From contig MU053379.1 of assembly GCA_013239625.1 (NCBI GenBank), positions 754,490-814,489 of the forward strand: a DNA stretch of 60,000 bases. Reading direction: 5' to 3'. Shown here piece by piece: positions 46,776 to 59,781 of the stretch. The position numbers and the translations under genes are program-made. A model generated the notes under the pieces. It made no database searches. It worked only from the letters and a program-made list of their open reading frames with translations, and was not told the DNA's origin. Position 1 is the first letter of the stretch. Each line of letters starts with the position of its first letter. Origin of the DNA: Lama guanicoe (Eukaryota).

Positions 46776-49700
46776 CGCTGGGTGGATCCAAAACTGCAAA
46801 TATTTCTTAAATGGGTGAACAAATGAATGAATGAACATAGGGCCCTTTGAGCTCTTTTAAACACAGATCTAGGGTTTAAAAATATCGAAACAGAATGCAG
46901 ATCCTTCCACTCCACAGTCAGCACATTTATCTCATACTTTTGTAAAATCTAAAGCAGAGGACCTGTGACACTCCGGATGATTTAAATTCCTCAGCAGAGC
47001 GACTCAAAACCAGAGTAATGATGTTATACACCTAAAGAAAAGTCTCTACACATATACTATAGTAACTGTCACAAGAAAAATAAAACACAAAGAAAATAGA
47101 TGGTAAGTGCGGTCCCAAATTACCAATTTTTATAGTTGCTGGTAGTAGTAAAAGATAACAGGAGAGGTGGTTTGTTGTGTGGGTGACATTGGAAGTCAGC
47201 TCAGAGATGGGAGCTTTTGCAAAACTGCAGATTGACCTGGTGGCTGGCTGTGAGTCCCCAAAGAAAACATGGGGGGGACAAATAGATGACTGATGGTTGT
47301 CCGGCACTTTCCTGCTTTTAAAATGCTTTTCAAATGATCCTTACTGGAACCATGAGAGGGAAGTATTATTATTGTTACCTCAGTTTACAGGTGAGGCAGC
47401 TGATGTTCAGAGAAACGCAGTAGTTTCTTCAAGCCTTCACGCTCATAAGTGACAAAGTTAAGTAAACCTCAGAGACTCCAAAAATGGCATCTTTCCCTGA
47501 CACAACCATCTGCCTTCCCCATGGAAAAGCCGGTGGGGAAAGGAGCAGGTATAACAGACCCTACATGAGTTAATGAAACCTTCTTCCTTCCCGCTGTCCT
47601 TCCAGGACCCCATGCGTTTCCCCTTCTCCTGCTCCTCAGGTGACAGTGAGCACTTGGTAAGCTCGCTATTCAGTTGAACTGCCCAGCTTTGTTGTCCTAG
47701 GAATTCTGGAATCACACCTCTCTGTCTCAGATGGGAGGTTCCAGCCAGGCACAACATTCCTGGCCCTGAGGTCAGCCTGGCTTGGTGAGATGCCTCACAC
47801 TGGACATTCAGATACAAAATCTGAGGGCCATTGAGTTAGAAGGCACAGTGGGGCTCCATCTTTCCATCCCTACGCAGAAAGCATCCTTAAGTAGTCCAGC
47901 TAGTCAGACATCTTGGCTCTTTTTTAAGATGACCAGTGATGAAGAAGTCAGGACTCCCAAACTCTGTCCCCTCTTCTGGGTTTACTTTATTCATTCCTTC
48001 AATATTTATGGAGCACTGTTGCACACTAGGGTCTAAGTGCTAAATGCTAGGTGCTAGGTACTAAGAATTCAACTCGGAACAAGAAAAACGGGACCCTGTG
48101 TTCAGGGACCTTATGGTGTGGTAGGGACGGGGGCAGGCAATCAATAATTCATTAGACTAACACTCTGCTTGTGGTAAATGCTCCAAAGTAAATACAGTGA
48201 AATGGTACACAGAGCTGTGAAAGACCTAACTGTCTTCTTTTTCTCTCTCTCTTTCCAATCCGTCCCTCTGACTTTTGGCAAACTCATCCTCCAAAACCAC
48301 CGCTTCCATCTTGTCTCGCCTCCCCTGCAGGAGCTTCAAATGTTCCCACCACGTCCAAGCTTCATTTCTCTCCCTGACTTTTGTGGGCTCCCGTAGCCCG
48401 GTGCCCTCCTACATTCGCCAAGCTCTGCCTCTCCCCATCTGTGCCTCTCAGCGCCTCTGCCAAAGCACGCTGTCCCCAACCTTGAGCCGTCCCGTCCTGC
48501 CCCATCTTTCAGGGGCGGCCTTTGGCCACTCACCCTGGAACCAGGCGCTAAGCGGGCCAGGCAACCTCTTGGCGGTGGGGCTGCAGAGTTGGTCAAAGTT
48601 GGTTCCTCTCTACCCTTGAAGGGCTCACAGAACTGTTCTCTCCACAAAAGCTCTGAATGCATCTTTCCCCCATCACTGGCTCCGTTCAGAGGCCGCCCTG
48701 ACACAACCAGGCCCTAAAGTTTGCTGGAAGATTCTGGGTACCGGAATTATGACTCCTCAATAGATGTTAAAAACAATCAAGGCCTGAGTTGAAGGTTCTT
48801 CCTTCTGAATTTGCTGTGCTTTCCAGTTCTGCAATGAGCTGCTTTTAGCTTCAGGAAGTCCTTTCTGATGTCTGTCTTTAATCACTACTTCATTGTGAAT
48901 TTCTTTTTTAAAATCTTACTCTTCTTGGCTTCAGGGCACCACTAAGGCACCCCTGCTCCATGCTGCTGTCTGCTAAATGTTCACGGAGCGCATATTGGTT
49001 GATTAGTAAGTGCCTGGCACTTAAAAATCATTATTCTGTCTTCTCCTCTGAGTTCCTTTCCCCAGACCAAAGAGCTGTAGCTCCTTAAACCTTTATTCCA
49101 CGTCATTTCCCCAACCACTTAATCATCGTGTGGCTTTTCTCAAACTCTGTTAATCAGCTTTTTTTTTTTAATCATTAGTAAGAGTTTTGAAGAAGGTCTT
49201 TAAACCAGAAGCAAAAAAGAAAGTATAATAAAATCCAGAAATGGGCTGCCAGGGCGACTGAGTTCAGCTCTCTGCCTTTGGTCTGGCAGGCCCTTCAACC
49301 AGCTAATAGATCAAGCAGACTGTCTCGCCTGGGCACAACCATCCCGCCTCCCATCTGAATGTGCGCTGCAGACAAATTAGATTTGGTGGGATGAGAACAG
49401 AGCCTGTGGCCCCATTGACACCATTCTTTAGACTGCTGCTGGCCGCTGTGGTCAGAAAAATCCAGGCTCTGGCAGAATTTAGTTAGCTGGTTTAATTTAG
49501 GCAAATTTTATTCCTTTTTCCATTGAGAGTCCACAGACTCTCAGAGTTCAAGGTGCCACCCATGAGGTGTGAGTGTATATATCTGTGTGTGTGTTTGTGT
49601 GTGTGTGAGAGAGAGAGGTGAACTCAGACTAATTCACACTAAAGTTTTACTGACTTACCGTGCAATGCCTCTTCAACATTTTCACTAAACCGTGTCTCAT

Positions 49701-51019
49701 GGCAGGTGGGGTAGGGGGTGAAGGTGGACACTGAAGATGGGGGCTCTAGCCTCTAAGCCATCTGTATGGGAAGACGTTAAGTAAAGTTTATGTTAAAGAT
49801 CTATGTGATTTTTGCACTCTTCTCCAAAATATATCCACAAAGGCAGATCTTCTAAAAATGGAAATTGTCTTCTTGTTATTTTTATGACATGAGAGTAATG
49901 TATATGAATACATAATACAGACAATACAGGAAGGGGTATCAAGAAAAACGTAGAAAATTGCCTGAAGTCCCAACCCCAGCAAGGTGACATTTTTCACTTT
50001 CTTCCTTCTATGCTATTTTCTGCTAAATAAACATTGTTTTAATATGAAATAAAAATTTAAATTCTTTACTACCAGGTAAAAAAGGCTGTGACAATTTACC
50101 TGGTGGCCTCAGGTCCAGGCACCGAGGGCAGGACACCTGTTTCCAGTTTGAAAAGCAACATCTCACATGTGACCCCTCCAGGAAGCGTGCCCATTTCAGA
50201 AGAGGAAGAAAGAGAGAGGGCAGAAGAATTTTCTGAAAATGTGTTGGAGGGGCACTTTAAGGAGAGGTGGGGTGCATCCCTGCCTCTGCTCAAATCTCCT
50301 GAGGCCCTGCCCGGCCCTCAGCCCGGTCCACTCAGTCCATGGTGTGGACATCGCCTGGGGCCTTGCGGGCCTGGGAGCGCTTGCCGTGTGCTGGGTTTTC
50401 CCTGAATGACCCACCTACAAACCTAGATTAATCTTCCTTGCAGAGAGGCCTCCTTCTCCTTCAGCAGGAAGTGAAACACGCCAGTTCCTAAAGAAGTGTT
50501 TTCTTTCTTTCAGGCACGAAAATTAACAGGCTCCATCTTTGGCATGGATCAGAAAATTCCGCCGGGGCATTGGCAGGGCTCACGCCAGCACCAGAACTTT
50601 AAAGAAATCTCACACTGAGAACTATGAGAACAAAGGTAAGGCTGACTGGCCTGATTTCAGCGCTCACAGTCCAGGAGAGAAAAGGGAGCGGGAACAGAAT
50701 GAAGCACCTGTCTGGGCAAGGTGTGTCCAGTGGGAGGGAGGAGCTTTCCCGAGCTGTTCTCAGAACCATCTGTCTCCACGAGCAGCACAATGCCTTCCTT
50801 GTGTGAGCACCACGTCCTCACCTGGCACCTCACCCAGCCCGGCATCAGTGACAATCGTTCACTGTGGCTGCTGTCACGTCCTGGGCAGATTTCTTCAGCC
50901 ACTGGGGCAGTTCCTGCTCTCAGCAGACGAGGGAAAAGCCATGTTTGCCTCACAGTCTCTAGTTCTTGGAAAACAGCTGGCAGATGGACGGAATAAACAC
51001 AACGTGTTGCTGAGTTGGC

Positions 51020-51450
51020 ATTTGTTCACTCTCAGTACATGATTTTTGAGCACCTGTATGCTCCGGGGGCTGTAGACAGCAGTGAACAAAACAGAGACCC
51101 TCTATGCAGGGAGGTTTGGGATGGGAGGTGGATTATCAGCATTAAACAAACTGAATAAGTCCAGGTACTAATAACACAAGGTGATGAGATAGAAAATGAA
51201 AGTGGGGAGGTGGTTATCTTAGGATGCTTAGTTGAAGCCTCCGGTGACACTGTCACTGAAATCTGAATCACCTGAAGGAGCCAGCTGAGGGAAGACATGG
51301 GCACGGTAGTCTTCTAGGCAGCAGGAATAGCATGTGCTAAGGCCCTGAGGCAGGAATGTGTTTCACAATTTCAGGGAACTTAGTGAAAGCTGAATAGGAA
51401 ATAGTGGTAGTGAGCAAGGCGCAAAGAAGGCTGGGACCAGAGTTATTACA
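51020..51450 (-). mobile_element. LINE-2 fragment
   Basis: ttttgagcacctgtatgctcc...cagcagtgaacaaaacaga...agcatgtgctaaggccctgaggcagga. Confidence 0.65.
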
Positions 51451-52336
51451 AGAATCATCACATGTGACATTGTAGAGTGCATTATAGTTGGCAGAGGGCT
51501 TTGAACACACACTAATTCAGTCATTTTCCTCATCAATACTCCTTAGCAAATAGATGAGGAAACTCAGGCTCAGGGGGTATCAAAGTCACAAGAGTAGGAA
51601 GTGGTGGGACAGGGAATCTGACCGAGGACTCTGTTTGCACAACTCAGAGGGCGCTATTCACACAGCAGGGGGAGCCATTTGTATCATTCCTTGGAGTTTG
51701 TGCAGTGCACAGCCTGTGCCACCGTACACAGTGACCCTGTGCTGGCTCAGGTCTATTTTCTCCAAATTTCTGTGATTTTTCTATGCTGGGGCTATTGGAA
51801 ATACAGAGAATAAAAATATTATTTCAGCTATTGGGGAGCACATGATGTGGTTAAAGAGAAAAAAGATGGCAGATGATATAAGACAATATCTGTTTCCAGA
51901 AAGGACATGATGGATGACTTAGTAGGGGATGTGAGAGCTGAGCCTGGCTGGAAGATTTAGATTGCTGCGCAGACAGGAAAGAAAAATCATAGGACTTCAC
52001 CATACAAACTTGCAATAAAAATCTGGTGTGTTGTAGACTGCCATAAGTGCTTGCCCCCAGCAGCTTACAATGTTTAATAAAAATGAATGTTTATTATTCT
52101 ATCATGTAAAAAACAGAACCATATAGGTAAAATTTTGGCAAATCTAAAAGAAAAAAAATCATCTATGATCTCATTCATGAAACACAACCATTTTTCACAT
52201 TTTAGAAGTACTTCCTTCTATTTCTCCCCCCAGGGAAGCAATGTGTGTATGTGTGTATACACACACATATATATCTGAATGTATACATATGTAATATATG
52301 TCATATATACACACCACAAACACACACGTTCTCACA

Positions 52337-53480
52337 TTTGTTGAAGTGTAATTTACATGCTTTAAAATTCACATGTTTTCACTTACTAGAATAAGCTCCA
52401 GTTCCATCCATGCTGTTGCAAATGGCATTGTTTCATTTTTTCTAATGGCTGAGTAGTAATTCCATTGCAAAACTGAAAGAGCCTCTCAGACATAGAAAAC
52501 AAACTTATGGTTACCAAAGAGGGAAGGAAGGAGGGATAGACTAGGAGTTTGGGATTAGCAGATACACACTACTATATACAGAATAGATAAACAACAAGGT
52601 CCTACCGTACAGCACAGGGAACTACAGTCAGTATCTTGTAATAACCTATAATGAAAAGGAACATGAAAGAGAATGTATGTGTGTGTAACTGAATCACTAT
52701 GCTGTAGACCAGAAACTAACACAACATTGTAAATCAACTATATTTCAATTTTTAAAAAAATTCACACATTTTAAGTATGTTGGTTGACAAGTTTTGACAA
52801 AAATGTACATAGCTGAGTAACCACCACTCTGCTAAAGATCTAGAACGTTTTCTTTACCCCTCAAATCCTTTGTCCCTTTAGACCACTCTCCCCAACCTCC
52901 TTCAGGCAACCACTGACTCGTGTGTGTAGCCTTGGACTGGTCTTGTCTGCTCCAGAACGTCACATAAACCCAATCAAGCGTGTACTCTTTTGTCTCTGGC
53001 CTCTGCTGACCAGTGTTTTTGAGGTGTATCATGTTATCATGTATGTGCCAGTAGTTTATTCCTTTCTACTGCTGATTAACATCCTATTATAAGAATATAC
53101 AAGAATTTGTTTATTCATTCACCTGTTAATGGACTTGGGTTGTTTCTGGTGTTTGGTTTGGGGACATTATGAGTACAGTAGCCATGAGATTCGTTCACCT
53201 GTCTTTTCCGGTGATGTTTTCGTGTCTCTTGGGTAAACACCCAGGAGTAGGATTGCTGGGTCATAGGGTAGGTCTGTATGTTTCACTCTGTGGAAAAACT
53301 ACCGAACGGTTTTGCAAAGTGGTGTAGCATTTACAAAGTAGGGAATTCAATTGCTCCACAACCTTGGCAACACTTAGTGTTGCTGCTCTTTTTGATCTTA
53401 GTCATTCTTGTGAGTGTGTGGTGGTTTTAATTTGCGTTTCCCTGACCGCTAATGATGTTGAGCATTTTTTTCACAGGCAA
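52337..53480 (-). mobile_element. Older L1M (L1MB-like) 3' fragment interrupted by the younger L1
   Basis: Antisense L1 motifs: ttgaagtgtaatttacat, ggcaaccactga, cccaggagtaggattgctgggtcatagggta, gttttaatttgcgtttccctga..aatgatgttgagcat. Confidence 0.75.
52374..52760 (+). mobile_element. 5'-inverted (twin-primed) L1 3' fragment
   Basis: 52374-52467 is antisense L1 (tccatccatgctgttgcaaatggc...ggctgagtagtaattccattg). 52468-52760 is a sense L1 3'UTR ending in an A-rich tail. TSD aaaattcaca at 52364-52373 and 52757-52766. Confidence 0.8.
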
Positions 53481-54844
53481 CTGTTTTCGTAGTTGTAATT
53501 ATTTGTATTTGCTGTTTTTTGAATTTACACTTAATATGACCATTCTCCTCTATGACCTTGTAGTCTTTATGACCATTAGATTAATGGCCCCTAATATTCC
53601 CACAAGGGAATTCTGTAGGATTTAATCACTCCTCTATCAGACATTCATACGATTTCCAACGCCCCACATTTCTCAATAACACTGAAATTAACATGAGTGC
53701 ACAGATTTCCCCCATATTTTAGATTATTTCCTTTAAATTACTTACACACAAGAAGTCTGGGTCAAAGGCATGTTTGTGGCTTTGGAGTGTAAAATATGAG
53801 GTGAACACTGAGACCACCATCTTCAAAGGCACAAACTGAGCCCCTTTTCCCATCTCTTAGCTCTATGCTGGGTCTCAGAATTGGGTCCCTTTCATGAATG
53901 TGAACTTTTTGTCTAGAGGCAGAGCTAACAGTGGCTTTGTAGCCAACTACCTTTTGAGTCCTGGATGATGCTGAAAAGGTTATTGTTGTTTTTGACACAA
54001 TGCTCCGGTACAAGGGGCTTCATCCTGCATCTAGCCAAGCTGAAATGTGGGGAAAGAAGAATTCTGGGTGCCTTGTCTCCTAAGAATGACCTGTGAAGGA
54101 GCCCAGCCAAGAAGCCACTGGGCCCCTTCAGTGGCAGGTCCAGAATTTCTGTACACGAAGGGGCCCATTGTGGGGGTGGGAACTTGGCTTGAAAGGGAGT
54201 TTTGATGCCATGCAGTGTCTTCATTTGGGCTGCATGTTGGTCTGGGGGGACTCGGGGAGGACTGAGGAGGAGGAAGATTAGATTATGTGGGAGCGGTGGG
54301 GGGATACGGCCCACTGCCGAGGCAATGGATTAACCCTGCCGCAGCGGGGACGTGAGGCTGGGCACAGCCATGGCATGGGGCTGGGTGCCTAGGATAGCAT
54401 CAGGCCAGCAGAGACCCTTATCCACCCCTCTCCAAGCATCCAACAGACCCCCAAGCCTAACAAGAGCCGTATTTTACATGGTACCAGGTCTGCCTCCAAA
54501 TTCCTATTTCAGGAGGAACTATCCAGGGAGGAATTTGCAAAGCAAATCAGTCCCCCGCTGGCACCACATTCAGGCCTCCCTGTGCAGAAGAAAAGGCCCT
54601 TGGGCCAGGTTGCCAAGGCCCCTTCTCCCCGCCTGCCTCCTCCTGGGAGTATCAGTTGAGCTCCCGTGTTTCCTTCAGGCGCCCCTGATGACACTCCAAA
54701 GGGCAACCAGCAGAATGCCCCCATCTGCCCTGAGACCCGACGGTCGCCAGCAGTTCGCAGGAATTCCTGATTGTACTCAGCCACTTCGTCTTTCCCCCTC
54801 TAAACATGAACTTACCAAGCACAAAAACCATTCCGTATTCATGA

Positions 54845-55330
54845 TGTCCTAGTTTGGGTTCCCCTAGAAGCAGACCCTCAAACAAAGATTCAACGGCAGG
54901 TCGTTTATTTAGGGGCTGATCCCAAGAAATTCTGGTAGGAGAGTGGGGAAATGAGCTGGGGGTGGGGGAGGCAACAGCAAGACGGTGTACGTAATCAAGC
55001 CGGTTACCACTGTGGGCAACTGAGGCTCGGTCCTGCAGGGACCTCTGGGAGATGGTACAGAGCCCTCATCCAAGTTACCACAGCTGAGCAGGAGGGTGCC
55101 CGGGTATTTATTTGCCAATGGCCAACAGTCATTGGTTGAGGATGTCCCTGGGGAGACTTAAATTCTTGGCCTTGCAGCTGCACCGCCTGCAGGTAGGGCG
55201 GGCTCCAGCAGCTGGAGGAACCCCCCAGCAAAGAGACACAGGTGCTGGCAGCTAGAAGTCAGGCTCCCTAGTGCACTGAAGGGGTAAAGCCAGGAGGCTT
55301 CGGCCAGGCAGATCACGGACAACATCAGCA
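54845..55330 (-). mobile_element. LTR16/LTR33-type ERVL solo LTR
   Basis: tgtcctagtttgggttcccctagaagcagaccct...tttatttagggg.tgatcccaagaa...ttaccactgtgggcaactgaggctc. Confidence 0.7.
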
Positions 55331-55524
55331 GAGATCAGCACTGGCAAGAAATAAATAAAACATGAAGCAAACAAACAATAACGTGGGTTGGTCAAACCTA
55401 GAGGGCTCAGCTAGCTTTGGCCCCAAAACTATAGCTCCTGTCTGTTCTCCGGCAATTCATGACTCAGTCAGCACTGCTCTTTTAGGATCAAATCCGGAAG
55501 ACCAGCACCCCTGACATTCTGAAG

Positions 55525-55710
55525 CAATGGTTCTGAAAGTGTAGTCCCTGGACCGCCTGCAGCAGCACTCGGGAACTTGCTAGAAATGCAGATTCTTGGT
55601 TCCTATCCCAGACCTACTGAATCAGGAACTCTGGAGGCGAGGCCCGGAAATCTGTATTTTAACAACCCCTCCAGCTGATTCGAATCTACCCTACAGTTTG
55701 AAATCCACTC
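55525..55710. mobile_element. MER5A MITE, near full length
   Basis: caatggttctgaaagtgtagtccctggacc...cttgctagaaatgcagattct...cccagacctactgaatcag...gtttgaaatccact. Confidence 0.85.
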
Positions 55711-56429
55711 TTTGAGACTCTAAAATTGAGGACAGTCTTCAAGGCAAAGCCATTTGCCCTTTGGTTACAATGCTCCCCACGCCCAGCCTCAAGCACCGGA
55801 GGAGGGAGATGGAACTTCCAGAAACCTTTTAGACTTTGGCCCCTTTTTGTGAGCTTGTCTTTTCTTTGGGGGCTGATTAAATGTCAGTTGTGCCTGATTA
55901 CTAATTACCTGCAATGGGAAGCAGTGAAGGCACGCATCCCAGAGACGACAGTCTGAGGACGTCGTGCTGGATTTGATGAAAGAGACAGAGAGGGCGGCGA
56001 GGGTTATACTCCTGTTTGTTTTCCTGAGCTAATATTTAAATCTTCCTGCTTGCCCTCTGGACACACCAGGTGGGCAGCAGGGGAAGAGTCAGGGGTCAGC
56101 CTGGGTTTCTAAGTTGATCATGGAAAATGTGCAAAAGGAATACGTAAGGGTTGGAGGTACCCCCGAAGTCAGTTTACACAGGAAAACTATAGAAGATGGG
56201 CTTGGTTCAACTGCATCGACCCCGGCCGGGCGGGGGTGGGAACACACGACACTGGGGGTGTCTCAAAGCCATTCCCAGGCTTGCAGGGAGGACGCCCTCG
56301 TTGCATCCGCAGCAGGGCTGGCCCAGGACAGCGCCCAGGACAGCACCCAGTTGGGTTCGACTCTCCAGGGGACTCCCAGTCCGCTGACACCAGCAGCAAA
56401 ACAGCAGGCCGTGTGGGGGCCGCCCCGAG

Positions 56430-56576
56430 GGGTGTGACATCACAATGAGGTCCATTCAGGATCTTGGGACTGACCTGCCCCTGGGCCCAGGATGTAAGCT
56501 GAGCCCTTAGAGCTGACCTGCACTTAAGGGGCTGGGCCACCGAGACAAGCTGACCTTCCAGGCAGCCTTGGTGAGT
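56430..56576 (+). promoter_or_regulatory. Candidate promoter and non-coding first exon of a plus-strand gene, possibly BANF2
   Basis: GC box-like ccgccc, CRE variant TGACATCA (56435-56442) and donor TTG|gtgagt at 56570/56571. BANF2 is the divergent neighbour of RRBP1 in human, but no BANF2 coding sequence is seen in this window. Confidence 0.35.
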
Positions 56577-58469
56577 ACTTACTTACACCCTCCCAGAATC
56601 TCGGGCACCAAAAGCTGATGGTGAGCTGGCCTAGCACCTGGGGTCTCATGCTCAAAACAGCATTATCCAACCTGCCGTTATCCAACCAACCCAGGGCCCT
56701 TCCTAGGGAAGTCGATTCACCCAACCTGGGCACCCCTTTTCCAGCTTCTGCCTCTGGGGTTACTGGCGGCTGGAGGTGATATTCTAATCACCTCCAAGGC
56801 CGGCTCTGCCACCTGCCCCAGCTCCCTGGGCAAAGGTCGCCTGTGGGCTTGATAGAGGCTCTGGGCAGGGAGGCCAGGCTCTCAGACGGCAAATCCACAG
56901 AGGACTCCCCACCCCCCTGAGTCCCAGTCGAGGGAGGCCATGGGCAGCCCTTGGGCCTGGGATGCACCTCACAGCCCGTGAGCAGGTGCAGCCTGGGGGA
57001 CGCTAAGGATGCTCGAACCACCACCCTTCCAGAAACGCACACGAGGGCCCTTCCTCTCCGCACACTTTGCTCCTCTGGCGGTATTTAAATCCAGCGCCCC
57101 ATGGCCCTCAGGTGTGTTAAATCCTTCCCTCTTGGGACAGGGAGAGAGGTTTGCGGCAGTGATGGGAAGTGGGTGGGTGGGTTAGAGCACCAGAAGGGTA
57201 GGCAAGAATGGAAGAAGGAGGTGAGGGTGGGGCAGGGACTGAGGCCAGCTCCCCGAGAGGATGCTGGCTCTTTCCAGCTGGGCCACCAGCCGTTGGCTGA
57301 GTGTGGTCGGAGGCCCAAGGGTCCTCTATAGCCAACAGTGGGGACCGGCGCAGGGGCCCTGGAAGGCAGCACTACCTCCCCGCTTGGGCCCCTCGTGGGC
57401 TCCGCAGCCTGTCTGTCCATCAGGTTCCTGCATGCAGACGGGCCCCTCGCCATCTGGGAGGGAGCACTGTGGGTCCACGCAGCCATGGCACACCTCACTC
57501 GCAGGGTGGTCTTTCTGGAGCCTGTGGTTCTGAGCAGCTCCTGGCTTTACCTGAGTGTGTCAGGCAGAAAGCAAGGTAGGCGGGTGGAGAGTCTGGCCTG
57601 AGGCTGCGTCGTCCATCCTTCATCTTCCTGGGATGTCTGACCCCCAGCTCGACTTCCCACATGCGGATCCCGGACATCAGCGGGTTCCCAAGCCCCCACA
57701 GGAAGAAAGCAGTCTAGGGAACGGAGCTACAGCGCTCGTGGGTCCCCAGTGCGCCAGCCCTCGTTTGGAGAGGAGGGAGGGAACACGCCTACTATGTGTC
57801 AGAGCCGCCACCGGGGTCATTGCTCTTCATTCCCGCCGCCAGGGAGGAGAAACGGGTATCCTCATGCTCATTTATAGACTCGGAAACCAAGAACTGCGTT
57901 CTGTGCTGGGTGCCGTGTTTTAAGAGGGACATTAACCTAGAATTTATATATACTTCATATTACAGACAAGCTCTCCAACATGAGAGCCCTCTGAAAATAG
58001 AACGAGCTGCTTTGCGAGGCAGCCAGAGCGTGCCTTTGGAAGCATCCAGGCAAGCTGAGTACCTTCCACCAGCAGGGTCGGGACAGGGTCCTTGTGATCT
58101 GTCGGGAGCTGGACCAAAAGATCTTTAAAAGCCCATCCAGATCCCCGGTCGCAGTATCTGGGTCTCAAAACCTCGCTCATCTTCCATGTTGGAATCCAAC
58201 TGGGTCAGGCCTCCCGGGGCGGCTGTGAACTTCGTGGGGGGCAGAGCTTGAGGGAAATACAGAGATTAGCTCCGTGGACCTGCTGGGCCGGTAGGAAACA
58301 GGAGGCCAGGCTGGTCAGGGGGGTGGTCCAAGGCCAAAGCCAATTTGCACAATGAATGTTTGTTGAAAGATGGAAGGAGTGACAGTGCCGGGTTGGAATA
58401 CTAATCAAACATCCCTTAGCCATCTCTCCTCCCCTAAGACTCTTTCCTATCGGATTATAATTCGGCCAG

Positions 58470-58680
58470 TATTCACTGAACACCTACTCTGTGCCAGGTG
58501 TGTCCACAGAGGTTCTTTCATGTAATCCTCCCCTAACCCGGCAACCTGGTGTCCTCGTTCCCGGTTCTCAGATGAGGATGGTGGGGCCCCTGACCCAGAG
58601 GATAGTGAACTGGGGGAGATGTCACCAACACTAAAGGACAACACGGGTCCCACTAACTCCTAGGAGAGCCTGCACCTCCA
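58470..58680 (-). mobile_element. MIR SINE
   Basis: cacctactctgtgccagg...taatcctc...cagatgagga...cagaggatagtgaact. Confidence 0.6.
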
Positions 58681-59299
58681 CCTGCCGCCTCCCAGCGTGG
58701 ACAAGGAAGCGCTCTCCTTTCTAATCCTTCCTAACAGCAAACCGCCGGTGCCTCGCCCCTTCCCTCGGGGGCTGACCTGGCCCCTCCTCGACTTTGTCCT
58801 GGCGGATGTCGGGCTCCCCACATTCCCCCTGGTTCACTGCCCGTGCCTCTCGCTCTGACGAGACAACGATGGAGCGACTGTTTCCACACCAACAGATGTT
58901 ATGTGCCAAGAAAGAAAATATGCTAATCGACATCAGCTTCAGCTAATTGTAGCAATTTCCCTTCTGCGAGGTGCCCTGAAACAGTAGCCACGCTCTTCTT
59001 TTAGCACATTGGGGAGCCCCAAATTGGCAGCTTAAATAAGGCTGCAAAGAAGTCAGTTAAACAGCCTCTTTGCTGCCAGTTACCACGGATGAGGTCTTGA
59101 ACACACTCTGGCTAAGACCCCGGCTCCGCTGTTTGTGGACTTGGCATCTGGCTGTGGTTCACAGGGACCCCTCCTTGGGCTGGAAGAGCCTCACTTAATC
59201 CTGGGGAAAACCGGAACCTCAAGGGACGTAATGAAGCACCAAGGCCAAGAGCACACGGTCTGACCTTGAACCCTGGCTGACCCTGGTTTGTTCCGTAGC

Positions 59300-59515
59300 C
59301 AGCGCTGGCCAATAGAACTTTCTGCGTTGATGGAAATGTTCTCATCTGCGCTGCCCCATATGGTGGCCATGAGCCACGTGCGGCTGATGAGCTCTTGGAA
59401 TGTGGCCAGTGGGACTGAGGAACTGGATTTTCCATTAAACTTAATCTTAATGTAAGTTTACGTTTAAGGTAAATAGTCTCATGCTGCCAGTGGCCACTAA
59501 ACTGGACGGTGCAGC
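59300..59515. mobile_element. MER3 MITE, near full length
   Basis: cagcgctggccaatagaactttctgcgttgatggaaatgttct...aatgtggccagtgggactgaggaactg...ctggacggtgcag. Confidence 0.8.
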
Positions 59516-59781
59516 TGCAGCCCTGCCGACCTCTGTGACTTCATATCTTGACCTCATCCCCACCCCCCAGCCCTCCTCCTCCCTCTGTGTTCACCTCCCG
59601 GACCGGCTGCCTGGAGCCTCAAACACCAAGCACGTTCCCCGGTCCCTCTGCCACACCCCTGTTCCTCTGGTTCAATGTCATGGCCTCAGATCAAGTGTGT
59701 CTCGTTGGGGAGACCGGACCTACGTTGTCTAATATTGTCCCCACCCCAGTCCAAATCGCTTCTCTCTCTGAACTCATCACA

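Noticed and set aside
50539..51042. ORF containing LGQFLL, reminiscent of BAF/BANF2
   Set aside because: Only six residues match; the flanking sequence lacks the F..WL...GA...CLKEWC pattern and suitable exon boundaries.
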